Counted from the first letter of the stretch, positions 36,703-46,118 are shown. The stretch: 64,000 nucleotides of DNA from an uncultured Chloroflexia bacterium (GCA_963737985.1 CAVTUU010000009.1:89640-153639), one strand, 5' to 3'. The notes: generated from the letters alone by a model not told the origin. Made by a program: numbers and translations.

Positions 36703-37142
36703 TGGGAATCCCTTTCGACGACGAGATGCAGGCAAAAATGACTCGAATGCTTGCCGCGAAACTCGCCGTATCACCGAAAACCATGTCGTGGGTAATCGAC
36801 CAGTACAAGGAAATCGAGCACGTTGACGACGCTTCAGTTCAACGTATCCTCCAAATCAGCGCCAACGATTTCTATCACTTAGCAATTTGCGGCAGACCAC
36901 GAGAAAATCTCTTCACAGAAGACCTCGAGACCTTCGCCGATCGGTTCAGCATCCCGCAACAACCGCTCGCGCGATTGGTCCGTAGGGTTGAGGCAATCAC
37001 GAGCTTCCGCGAATACACCGACGTGGCTGCCGCTTCATTGCTGGCTGCCGCACGTGATATTGCTGAGGACAGGCCAGAACCTTACGACGTCGAGAAAGAC
37101 GAGACCGGTTCAGAAGAGCCGGCGCCGGACGACGAGCAATGA
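36702..37142 (+). CDS. Small protein with a possible degenerate XRE-like HTH and an acidic tail (positional equivalent of an ImmR/DdrO-type partner)
   Basis: 146 aa. VQRILQISANDFYHLAICGRPRENL...LETFADRFSIPQQPLARLV. C-terminus DRPEPYDVEKDETGSEEPAPDDEQ. ATGA overlap with the next gene. Confidence 0.55.
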   Translation: MGIPFDDEMQAKMTRMLAAKLAVSPKTMSWVIDQYKEIEHVDDASVQRILQISANDFYHLAICGRPRENLFTEDLETFADRFSIPQQPLARLVRRVEAITSFREYTDVAAASLLAAARDIAEDRPEPYDVEKDETGSEEPAPDDEQ

Positions 37143-37847
37143 TTGCCGGTTGGCTCTCCAACGCCGCGGATTACTTCTGGGCGCAGACGGACCCGCCGGC
37201 AACCTATCCCCGCGACCTCACGCTGCCTGCACTGCGCGCGTTTGTTCTCGATGAGCAAGTCATCCTCGGACTGCGGGTCAGTTCAATTCAAAAGTGGTTT
37301 CTCAGCCGTAAGTGCGCGATCGACTTCCCCGAGCAGGATCGACGCCTTCGGGGCTGTCTGACGGCAATCGGAGGCTGCGCGATTGTCTTCATCGACGGCG
37401 CGGATAGCGATGCCGAACGTCGATTTACGTTTGCGCACGAGATTGCCCACCTCTTGCTCGATTACCGCCTCCCGCGAGTGCGGGCGATTTCCTTACTCGG
37501 ACCTTCCATTCTCCAAGTCCTCGACTGTCTGCGGCCGCCAACAGAATCCGAACGTATCCATGCTGCTATAAAGAATTGCTCACTCGGTCTTTATTGCCAT
37601 TTGCTCGATCGGCGGGATCAAACGGGACACGTTGCGTCCGTCGAGAGCCGTGCTGATCTCCTCGCTTGGGAGCTGCTGGCTCCAGACGAAGAACTCGAGC
37701 ATCGGTACGAGAAAATCGATTTCTGCCGCCGAATTGTGCAACGAATTGATTCGCGTGTTCGGCCTGCCAGCTCCCGAGGCCGCGAAATACGCCGATCGCT
37801 GGACTCGCGCCCACTTTGGTCCGCAACCGCTCATCCGTCTCGTCTAG
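37139..37847 (+). CDS. ImmA/IrrE family (COG2856, DUF955/M78-like) zinc metalloprotease; apparent +1 frameshift at AAAA 37712-37715
   Basis: RRFTFAHEIAHLLLDY carries the HExxH motif at 37435-37449. After ...EHRYEK the sensible continuation SISAAELCNELIRVFGLPAPEAAKYADRW...LIRLV* is in the frame of ORF 37632-37847. Confidence 0.8.
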
Positions 37848-37859
37848 CGAGCAAATGCT

Positions 37860-39034
37860 ATGTCCGACTCCGTCGCCAACCGAAGTCCGTCAATTGAGGA
37901 CGCGTTTCTCGCGGCGTTTGGCGAGCCGATCAGCCGGACGTTCGATCTCACCACCTGGCGCGAGGCGGGTCGTCTGGGCGATCTGTATGGCCAACTTCAG
38001 CAGGAAATCGCAAGCGCCCAGGAACAAGTTGCGGCGCCCGCAAGTCGATTCGGGCCGAGGTCTTTCCCAGATTCAAGGAGCTCGTTAGCGAGCTTCCGTG
38101 CGCCGGCCTGTACAAGACCTCCACGCAGGATATCGAATCGGCCCAGCGCGGCCTTCTTTTCAACGGCGCGGTCGAAGCCGCAAACGGCACGGTCGTGGCG
38201 CATGAATCGCTCACTCTGTCGATCACGCAAGTCGGCGTCTGCCTGGTCTCGTACCGCGCCGACCGCGGATCCTGGGTTCATCGCCTCTATCGGCGCGACT
38301 TGCGGGAAACGGTGAGTGACCCTGCATCGCTTGCTCAGGAAATGATCAATCGCAGTCATCGCCACGAAAGCGACGATCAATCGGCCGGTATCCGCATGAG
38401 CGAGCTGTCGCGCCGAAGCTTGCGCTCGTACGCCGAACGCGCAACGCTTGTCGAATTGAGCGAGGCGCCCTGGAAAATGGGCATCGGCCATCCCGCGCCA
38501 TATGAGTTGTTGACCGGTTCCGGCAGCCCCGACGTCATCCTCGCGAGTATCGACATGCTTAAGCGTCTGATTCTCAACTGCAAAACATTCGTCTTCGTTT
38601 CGCCGTCGCTCGCGCAGCGCGCATACCTCATGCTCGGCGATGCATTGAAGCCACTGGAATACGCGGTCATCGGCACGACGACCGATCAACTCATGTCGAT
38701 CGTGAACACCGGACACTACTCAAACGCGATCGCGAAACAACTCCGCGCGTTCAACGAGATCGGGCCAAAACTCGTCTTTGGCTGCTACCGGGCGTCGGAG
38801 ATCGGGCCAGCGCGTATCTTCTATGCCCACGTTGATCACGCGCACGAAGCTGCACAGATCGCGCTGGCCGACAGCCGCCTGCAAGAGCACCGGGGCTTTC
38901 CAGTCTTACTCGATCTCGCGGGCGAAATCTGCCGTACGAGCTTCGGCGCGGGCGATTTTGTCGCCACACTTCGCGACGCATACGCCGGCGCTGGTCAACC
39001 ATATGATTTTCATCAAGAATACGGTTCGAGATAA
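37860..39034 (+). CDS. NurA-like protein (assignment by eye), apparent frameshift near 38036-38044
   Basis: The N-terminal ORF (37860-) and ORF 38195-39034 join as ...EQVAAPAKSIRAEVFPRFKELV...LLFNGAVEAANGTVVAHESLTLSITQVGVCLVSY...FVFVSPSLAQ...IGTTTDQLMSIV...ARIFYAHVDHAHEAAQIAL...RGFPVLLDLAGEICRTSFGAGDF. The block order resembles the NurA domain. It sits directly upstream of a HerA-type ATPase. Confidence 0.5.
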
Positions 39035-39064
39035 TAATTATGTCGATAAGGAGAGGGACGAGTG

Positions 39065-40861
39065 ATGGCGGACGGTGAGCAAGATGCCGTTCTCGATGCG
39101 CCTACCGACGGATTGCGAGACCACATAGCGCGCGCTGGCGGTGAATGGCAAGAGCCTGTCGAATTCAAGGGCTCGGTTGGCCGGACGACGTTCGACGCTC
39201 CAGATAGCGAAGGACAACTCGATCACCGTGCTCCTCCCGCACGGCAACCTGCAGGCTCTCCCTCGCAAGCTCTCGTCCGCATCGTCAGTCGACCGGACGG
39301 ACGGGAATATCTCGGCGTCGTCATCAAAGGTCCATTCGCTGAACCCGATGGTCTCCGCACCGACTCTCATCTCGTGATTACCACGACAATCCACGGTGGC
39401 ATGTTCATGCCGAGCCACCATGGTCGAGTACAGGTGGAGCTACTCGGACAGCGGATTGAAGGTGTTCTCCAACCGCCGCAGTTTCGACCGCTTCCGAACA
39501 GTCCCGTATTTGTCCTCGACGAGTCTGAAACGATCGATGTCTTGCGCGTGCGGGGCGACATCCGCCTCGGTCTCGCGGTCGGACACACGAAGGTTCCGGT
39601 TGCTATTCCTTCAACAAGCAAGTCTGTGCTTCCTCGCCACTCCGCGATCATCGGCACCACTGGAGGAGGAAAATCGACAACTGTCGCCGGGTTCATCTCT
39701 AAGGCGCAGCAAGCCGGTCTCGCCGTCGTGCTTCTTGACGTCGAAGGCGAATACACCTTTCTCGATGAGCCGACCGACGACAAGACTATGATCGCGCGCC
39801 TCGGTCAGATCGGTGGGCGACCACAAGGTGTGACCGATATGACGCTCTATCACCTCGAAGGCCGCGAAACGGCGAATCCGCACCATCCTAATCCGAAGCC
39901 ATTCACTCTCAAGTTTTCGGACCTCTCGCCTTATGCGGTCATTGAGATTCTCGATCTTTCCGACGCGCAACAGGAGCGTTTCCAACTCGCATACGACACA
40001 ACGAAGAAGCTATTAAGAGAACAGAATCTCGTTCCGTCCGTCGACGACTCTGAGATCGATGAGTTTGAAGGGGGATATCCCGGCATGCGGCTCGATCACA
40101 TGATCGACGTCTGTAGTGCTTTTCACGCCGCGCTTCAAAAATCAGACGCGTCCTTCATTTCGGCCGATTTCAAGCGGAAGGGCGCTGAATTGACGCGCGA
40201 GGTCAGCGCGCAAAGAGAGCGAACATCCCATCCAGTGAGCTGGCTGGCCCTGATCGGTCGCTTGCGCCGGCTGCATCGTCTCGGCGCGTTTGACAGCGCC
40301 AATGCCCGGTCGCTCAATTATGGGACGCTGCTCGAAGCGGGCAACGTCGGCGTGATCGATCTTTCCGATACCGAGTCACCTGATCTCAATAACCTCGTCA
40401 TCACGGCCATTCTGCGCGGAATCCAAAAGGAACAGGAGCGGCTCTACGCCGAGGCCGAACGCGGTCACGATGCAATCCCGCGCACCCTTGTCATCATCGA
40501 GGAAGCGCACGAATTTCTCGCGAAAGAGCGGATCGACAAGATGCCTCACCTCTTCGCTCAGGTCGCCAGAATTGCCAAGCGCGGAAGAAAACGCTGGTTG
40601 GGCCTCGTGTTCGTTACGCAACTTCCACAACATCTTCCGAACCAGGTGATCGGACTTGTGAACAATTGGGTGATCCACAAGATCAGCGACACAACCGTGG
40701 TAACCACCTTGAAGCAGTCGGTCAGTGGCATCGATGAAAGCCTTTGGACTCGACTTCCAGGTCTCGCGCCCGGTCAGGCGATCGTCAGTTTCACGCACAT
40801 GCACCGCCCGGTGCTGACCGCGATTGATCCAACACCCGCCAAGTTACGCATGGTTGATTAG
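39065..40861 (+). CDS. herA: HerA/FtsK-superfamily ATPase (DUF87 HerA-like, with HAS-barrel-like N-terminus)
   Basis: ATG 39065 follows AAGGAGAGGG. Walker A RHSAIIGTTGGGKSTT, Walker B TLVIIEEAHEFL, then GLVFVTQLPQHL, NWVIHKISD, PGQAIV. Confidence 0.9.
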   Translation: MADGEQDAVLDAPTDGLRDHIARAGGEWQEPVEFKGSVGRTTFDAPDSEGQLDHRAPPARQPAGSPSQALVRIVSRPDGREYLGVVIKGPFAEPDGLRTDSHLVITTTIHGGMFMPSHHGRVQVELLGQRIEGVLQPPQFRPLPNSPVFVLDESETIDVLRVRGDIRLGLAVGHTKVPVAIPSTSKSVLPRHSAIIGTTGGGKSTTVAGFISKAQQAGLAVVLLDVEGEYTFLDEPTDDKTMIARLGQIGGRPQGVTDMTLYHLEGRETANPHHPNPKPFTLKFSDLSPYAVIEILDLSDAQQERFQLAYDTTKKLLREQNLVPSVDDSEIDEFEGGYPGMRLDHMIDVCSAFHAALQKSDASFISADFKRKGAELTREVSAQRERTSHPVSWLALIGRLRRLHRLGAFDSANARSLNYGTLLEAGNVGVIDLSDTESPDLNNLVITAILRGIQKEQERLYAEAERGHDAIPRTLVIIEEAHEFLAKERIDKMPHLFAQVARIAKRGRKRWLGLVFVTQLPQHLPNQVIGLVNNWVIHKISDTTVVTTLKQSVSGIDESLWTRLPGLAPGQAIVSFTHMHRPVLTAIDPTPAKLRMVD

Positions 40862-40902
40862 CGTCCATTGCGCCTGTTTACGAGATCTTCGTAGGTATTC
40901 TT

Positions 40903-40924
40903 CCGGACGAATTTCTTCGTCCGG
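40903..40924 (+). terminator. Hairpin downstream of herA
   Basis: 9-bp stem CCGGACGAA / TTCGTCCGG with a 4-nt loop, 42 nt after the herA stop. No U-tract. Confidence 0.45.
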
Positions 40925-40978
40925 CGGCTGATAGAATGCGCCTACGCGCGTCGTTGCAACTATTGGAAGGGCGGCCGG

Positions 40979-42124
40979 TTGAAGATCACGGATGTTGAAG
41001 TCACGTACCTGAGGCTCCCTTCGATCGCGCTCGAAGCCAACGGCACGCAGGACTGCGCGGTCATCCAAGTACATACCGATGAGGGCATAACAGGAATCGG
41101 CGAAGCGGACTCGGCTCCGCTCGTCGTGAAGGCAATCGTCGAAGCTCCGCGTTCCCATTCGGTGATGGTTGGTCTCAAAGAAGTGCTGATCGGCGAGAAT
41201 CCGCTCGACATTGAACGTCTGTGGCGCAAGATGTATCAAGCGTCGATCTACTACGGGCGACGCGGTGCTGTCATCCATGCAATCAGCGGCATCGATATCG
41301 CGCTTTGGGACATCAAAGGCAAAGCTGCAAAGCTGCCGCTTTGTGAACTCCTCGGCGGTAGCGTCAACGCCAAAATCCGCGCGTATGCCTCCGCGTTGTT
41401 CGGACGCGATGGGAAAGAAACTGGGGAGAAGGCCGCGCGATTCAAGGAAGCCGGTTTCACCGCGTTCAAGTTTGGTTGGAAGGACTTCGGCAAGGCGGAG
41501 CGAACCGACCGCGCGCACGTCGTAGGGATTCGCGACGCCGTCGGACCTGACATGCCGATCATGGTCGATGTCGGTTGGGCGTACGATAGCGGCGGTCCGG
41601 TTTGGGACGTTGCCACCGCTCTACGCCGCGCTCACATGCTCGCCGAGTACGACGTCTTCTGGTTGGAAGAACCGCTCCATCCGGACGATATGGACGGCTA
41701 CGGTGAACTCTCAGACCGCTCCCCGGTCCGGATCGCGGCCGGCGAAGAACTTGCTACACTCTTCGAATTCCGTGAACTTATTGAACGCGGACACATCGAC
41801 GTTCTGCAACCAGATGTTTCGCGGGCGGGTGGGGTCACCGAAACCGTGCGCATCGCCGCGCTGGCCCACGCCTATTCCAAACCAATTGTGCCGCATCACT
41901 ACAGCAGCGGCATCCTCGGCACGGTCTCTGTTCATGTCAACGCCGCCATTCCGAACCATCTGTTTCAAGAAACTCCGGCTCCGGGCGAAGGTTCGGAGCT
42001 GAACACCGATCTCGTCTATCCTCGGGTTCAGCTCGACGATGACGGCTGTATCGTTATTCCAAAAGGACCGGGACTAGGGATCGTATTGAACATGGATGTC
42101 GTTGACAAATACCGAGTAGCGTAA
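40979..42124 (+). CDS. Enolase-superfamily enzyme (mandelate racemase/muconate lactonizing enzyme family; sugar-acid dehydratase-like)
   Basis: MKITDVEVTYLRLP...VHTDEGITGIGEA...GIDIALWDIKGKAAKLPLCELLGG...FWLEEP...AGEE. TTG start at 40979. Confidence 0.9.
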   Translation: MKITDVEVTYLRLPSIALEANGTQDCAVIQVHTDEGITGIGEADSAPLVVKAIVEAPRSHSVMVGLKEVLIGENPLDIERLWRKMYQASIYYGRRGAVIHAISGIDIALWDIKGKAAKLPLCELLGGSVNAKIRAYASALFGRDGKETGEKAARFKEAGFTAFKFGWKDFGKAERTDRAHVVGIRDAVGPDMPIMVDVGWAYDSGGPVWDVATALRRAHMLAEYDVFWLEEPLHPDDMDGYGELSDRSPVRIAAGEELATLFEFRELIERGHIDVLQPDVSRAGGVTETVRIAALAHAYSKPIVPHHYSSGILGTVSVHVNAAIPNHLFQETPAPGEGSELNTDLVYPRVQLDDDGCIVIPKGPGLGIVLNMDVVDKYRVA

Positions 42125-42134
42125 GGATTTCACA

Positions 42135-42701
42135 ATGGTTGAAACCCGATGGGCACGAATGCTCCGTCGCGTAACTGCGATGCACACGCAATGGAATCAA
42201 ATGACGCATGACCTGACGCTCAATCAAGTCAACCACCACGAACGTGAAGGCGTCTTGCCGATCGCTTTTTCGCTGCATCACTTTGTGCTTGTCGAGGATC
42301 AATCAATCGCGCGCCGGGTCCTCAATGAAGCGCCTCTTTGGGAGAGCGGCGGTTGGGAGAAGCGTGTCGGCGCGACGGTTCCATCGGTGACCCGTGGCAC
42401 GCCGATCGCGGTCGCGGAGACCTTGCAGTTTGGCGATTACGAATCCTGGCTGGGTTACCAATCCGCGGTATTCGACCTCACTGAGCAAACTCTTGAGGAA
42501 CTCGCCGACGAGCGCTGGGATGAGATCGTGTTCGAAACGATGCCTAATCCACTCAAAGGTGGTTTTCTCGATCTCGTCGTCGGCGATCGCCCGGTCTATC
42601 TGGGCGACATGCTCGACGTCTTCATCGCCTATCACGGTAGCCGGCATCTCGGCGAGATTGAACACGCCCGGTCGTTGATCGGATTGCAAGGCGTCGGATA
42701 G
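42135..42701 (+). CDS. DinB-superfamily protein
   Basis: 188 aa. Helical bundle pattern with spaced His residues (NHHEREG...SLHHFVLVED...YHGSRHLGEIEHA). Confidence 0.65.
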   Translation: MVETRWARMLRRVTAMHTQWNQMTHDLTLNQVNHHEREGVLPIAFSLHHFVLVEDQSIARRVLNEAPLWESGGWEKRVGATVPSVTRGTPIAVAETLQFGDYESWLGYQSAVFDLTEQTLEELADERWDEIVFETMPNPLKGGFLDLVVGDRPVYLGDMLDVFIAYHGSRHLGEIEHARSLIGLQGVG

Positions 42702-42818
42702 ACCGAGGCAACTCAGCATCGCTAACCAGTGCTTGCCTAGATACAATCTGACCTGTTCATCGAACCGTCCGCGCGGCAATGTTGCCGTGACCGGGTCGTG
42801 TTCAAGAGAGGTGGGACC

Positions 42819-43250
42819 ATGGCTACCCGTGAATCATCCAACACCGGCGCGACCTGTGCTCTGGTCAAACTCGGTTCAACATATGAGGGCGCGCAGGGCT
42901 TGAGTTACTTCGAGGGAATCTCCACTGAAACCGTCGGCTCATCAGCGATTTGCATGCATTTGCTCACGATGCCGCCGGGAGCCCGGGCACATGCCCATCT
43001 GCACGAGAATCACGAAACCGCTATCTATCTCATTAGCGGCCAAGCCGAGACGTGGTATGGCGATCAACTCGAGCACTACATCGTCATGGAACCAGGCGAC
43101 ATGTTTTATATTCCGGCAGGGATCCCTCATTTGCCGGCGAACCCAAGCGACAGCGTATCCGCGACGGCCGTGATCGCGCGCACCGATCCGAACGAGCAAG
43201 AGAGTGTGGTGTTGCGTCCCGACTTGGAAAAGTTCGTTCCATCTCGATAG
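42819..43250 (+). CDS. Cupin domain protein
   Basis: PGARAHAHLHENHETAIYLISG...GDMFYIPAGIPHLPAN (cupin motifs 1 and 2). ATG 42819 follows GAGAGGTGGG. Confidence 0.8.
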   Translation: MATRESSNTGATCALVKLGSTYEGAQGLSYFEGISTETVGSSAICMHLLTMPPGARAHAHLHENHETAIYLISGQAETWYGDQLEHYIVMEPGDMFYIPAGIPHLPANPSDSVSATAVIARTDPNEQESVVLRPDLEKFVPSR

Positions 43251-43275
43251 AAATCTGATTTGAAAGGCGTGTTGA

Positions 43276-44016
43276 ATGCAGCGTTTTGAAGGGAAGACAG
43301 GGATCGTGACCGGTGGCGCTCGCGGCATCGGACGAGCGATTGCCGAACGTTTATCGAGCGAAGGCGCACGGATCATGATCGCCGATGTCGACGAGGCGAC
43401 CGCACAAACGTCCACGAGGGAGCTTGGCGATCAAGTCATCGCGCAAAAAATGGACGTCACATCTGAGTCTTCATGGAAATCCGCTGTTGATCGCGCCATG
43501 AGCGAATGGGGCAAAATCGACATCCTCGTCAACAACGCCGGCATCGCTGGTCGTTCCGCCACGGTTTGGGATTACTCGCTCGACGAATGGAACCAGGTCA
43601 TCGGAATCGACTTGACCGGGGTTTTTCTCGGGTGTCACACGGTTGTTCCACACATGATCGAGGCTGGTTATGGACGGATCGTAAACATCTCATCTGTGGC
43701 TGGAAAAGAGGGGAACCCAAACGCGGCGGCCTATTCCGCGGCAAAAGCAGGCGTCATCGGGCTGACCAAATCGCTGGCCAAGGAAGTTGCGACAAAGGGA
43801 ATTCTCGTCAACGCGATTACGCCCGCGCCGATCGAGACTGAGATTCTGAAGCAAATCAGTCAAGAACATATCAATTACATGCTGAGCCGGATTCCAATGG
43901 GCCGGATTGGTCAACCGGAAGAAGTGGCAACCCTGGCGGCTTTCCTTGCCTCAGAGGAAGTTACCTTTTCGACCGGCGCCGTGTTCGACATTTCTGGCGG
44001 CCGAACGACCTATTGA
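43276..44016 (+). CDS. SDR family oxidoreductase (FabG-like)
   Basis: TGGARGIGRAIA, NNAG, and the S...YSAAK catalytic pattern. Confidence 0.9.
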   Translation: MQRFEGKTGIVTGGARGIGRAIAERLSSEGARIMIADVDEATAQTSTRELGDQVIAQKMDVTSESSWKSAVDRAMSEWGKIDILVNNAGIAGRSATVWDYSLDEWNQVIGIDLTGVFLGCHTVVPHMIEAGYGRIVNISSVAGKEGNPNAAAYSAAKAGVIGLTKSLAKEVATKGILVNAITPAPIETEILKQISQEHINYMLSRIPMGRIGQPEEVATLAAFLASEEVTFSTGAVFDISGGRTTY

Positions 44017-44043
44017 TCGAAGATAAGACAAAGCGGCGCCGGG

Positions 44044-44472
44044 CTATTGGGCCGGCGCCTTCGCTTGTTCTTGCCCATTCGAGCTCTGGATCTTCTCTAG
44101 CTGCTCTTTGAGCTCTTCATGCTGCTCGCAGAGGCTCTGATATTTTTGCTTCAGCTCATGCAGTGTATCGTCCGATTGATCTTCGGCATTCATGATTTCG
44201 TTGTCCGCTGACTCTATCGAGCGAATGATCTCATCGAGCTTGAGATGCGTCGCGAGCGCATCTCGATTTTGAGTGTGCTGGATGAGGAAGACCATCAGGA
44301 ATGTAACGATCGTAGTTCCAGTGTTTATCACGAGTTGCCACGTGTCGGTAAATCCGAACACTGGACCCAAGAGTGCCCAGATGATGATGATTCCTAGCGC
44401 CCCCACAAATGCAACGTAGCTACCGCTGAGTTCGGCGACCCGTGATGAAAACTTTGTAAACCATCGCGACAT
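44044..44472 (-). CDS. Low-affinity iron permease family membrane protein
   Basis: MSRWFTKFSSRVAELSGSYVAFVGALGIIIIWALLGPVFGFTDTWQLVINTGTTIVTFLMVFLIQHTQNRD. The internal ATG 44472 is chosen to avoid overlap with the MFS gene. Confidence 0.75.
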   Translation of the reverse strand: MSRWFTKFSSRVAELSGSYVAFVGALGIIIIWALLGPVFGFTDTWQLVINTGTTIVTFLMVFLIQHTQNRDALATHLKLDEIIRSIESADNEIMNAEDQSDDTLHELKQKYQSLCEQHEELKEQLEKIQSSNGQEQAKAPAQ

Positions 44473-44570
44473 CGCGAATGCCTTTCCAGGTGATCGAGAC
44501 AGAAACCAAAGTCCCGCCCCTCTAAGGCAACTTACGTTCCAAGCCATTTGTCTGATCTGTTTGGTGGCGT

Positions 44571-45890
44571 TCAGCCGGCAAGTTGCACTTCGGTCGCTGG
44601 CTCTCCAACTGGCGACGGCGTTTTGCGTAGATGGCGAACCGGCGTCCGTAGCAGCCAAACGCCGGCAAGCGCCATCGAGGTGCTCGCGAAAACTACCGTG
44701 AAGCGCAACCCAACCGAACTACCCATCCAGCCACCAACGACTGCCCCGATCAACATCGCGCCAAACTCCAGAACGCGCATGCTGCCATTGATTCGTCCCA
44801 ATACGTTGGCGGGTGCAATCGCTTGGCGGAGGCTGATCTCATCGATGATGTAGACCGTCGCCGCTCCATCGGCGATCAATTGCTGCGCGATGAGCAAGAT
44901 CACTGAAAATACGGTCACGCCGGTTGCGAATGCGATCATCCCTTGGCCAGCGCCCGTTACCACCAATCCCGCAATCATGGCCGGTCCCAGGCCAAGCCAA
45001 AGCGTGACCTTTTGGGCCAGGATTGAACCGGCAAGCGAACTGATTCCGCCGACCGCGAAAATCACCCCGAGCGCGCCTGGATTGAATCCCAATTCCCTAT
45101 TCACGTACAGCAGGTAGACAACACCATTGACCCGGAAACTGAAATCCAAGATGACATTGGCGACGGCCAGACTTCGGAGAATTGGTTCTCTGAGTAACAC
45201 CCGGAGTCCATCGGTAATCTCTTCGCGGATGTGTTTCCGTTCCTCGACCGGCTTGGCGGGAGGCTCTGGCGACTCGATGCGATGGACAAAATAGGCAGAT
45301 GCGAGGAATGTCACGGCGTCGATAACCATCGCCCCAGGCGCGGAGAGCAATTGGACGAGCCATCCTCCAGAACTAAACGCAGCAGTTTCGGAAATCGCCG
45401 CGCTCGCCGCGAGTTTGGCGTTGCCTTCGACGAGCTCATCTGACCGCACCAAGCTCGGCAAATAGGCCTGATAGGCGACATCAAAAAACGTCGAGAAGAC
45501 GCTCACGAGCGCGGCAACCACATAAAGGAGTTCCATTCGAACTTCATCGAAGAGAGCGGCGACAGGGACGGTCATCACGAGCACGGCTCTCGCCAGATCA
45601 GACACGATCATGATCGGTCTTCGCGGTAAGCGATCGACCCACGCCCCGGCGAACAAGCCCAAAAGAAATGCGGGTGTCATTTCGGCGATGCCTAGGAGGG
45701 CTATCTGAAACGCGTTCGCATCGAGCGTCAGAATCGCGGCGAATGGCAAAGCGGTTCGAGTGATCAGCGACCCGAATAGGGATATTGATTCCGCTGACCA
45801 CAATCGAACGAAATCTTTATGCGACCAAAGACCTGTTCGAAACCGCCGCAAGCACACTCCTAACATGATCTGGCGACGCCAGTCCCACAT
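44571..45890 (-). CDS. MFS transporter
   Basis: 439 aa, about 12 TM segments. WSAESISLFGSLITRTALPF and DRLPRRPIM motifs. Confidence 0.85.
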   Translation of the reverse strand: MWDWRRQIMLGVCLRRFRTGLWSHKDFVRLWSAESISLFGSLITRTALPFAAILTLDANAFQIALLGIAEMTPAFLLGLFAGAWVDRLPRRPIMIVSDLARAVLVMTVPVAALFDEVRMELLYVVAALVSVFSTFFDVAYQAYLPSLVRSDELVEGNAKLAASAAISETAAFSSGGWLVQLLSAPGAMVIDAVTFLASAYFVHRIESPEPPAKPVEERKHIREEITDGLRVLLREPILRSLAVANVILDFSFRVNGVVYLLYVNRELGFNPGALGVIFAVGGISSLAGSILAQKVTLWLGLGPAMIAGLVVTGAGQGMIAFATGVTVFSVILLIAQQLIADGAATVYIIDEISLRQAIAPANVLGRINGSMRVLEFGAMLIGAVVGGWMGSSVGLRFTVVFASTSMALAGVWLLRTPVRHLRKTPSPVGEPATEVQLAG

Positions 45891-46118
45891 GAGTACCGAC
45901 GAACCAGTTTAGTCAGTCCCGAAATCGACGTGCCTCCTACCAGCCAACAGGACTTAGTGGGAGTCGCGTGCAATTGCGGATTCGGCAAGATACCCGCATC
46001 ATAGTGGCAACACGCGAAGCCCCGAGCAATGTTCACCCGAGTGCGGTGGCGGTCCCGCCGGTGAGCCACGAGAGGACCCGTCGCGCGAGTCCGTCACGAA
46101 CCGGAGAGACAAAGCCCC

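Noticed and set aside
36070-40861. Interpreting the sigma/ImmA/HerA block as a prophage or ICE fragment
   Set aside because: There is no integrase, recombinase, transposase, tRNA attachment site or flanking direct repeat visible within several kb on either side. Mobile origin remains possible but is unsupported here.
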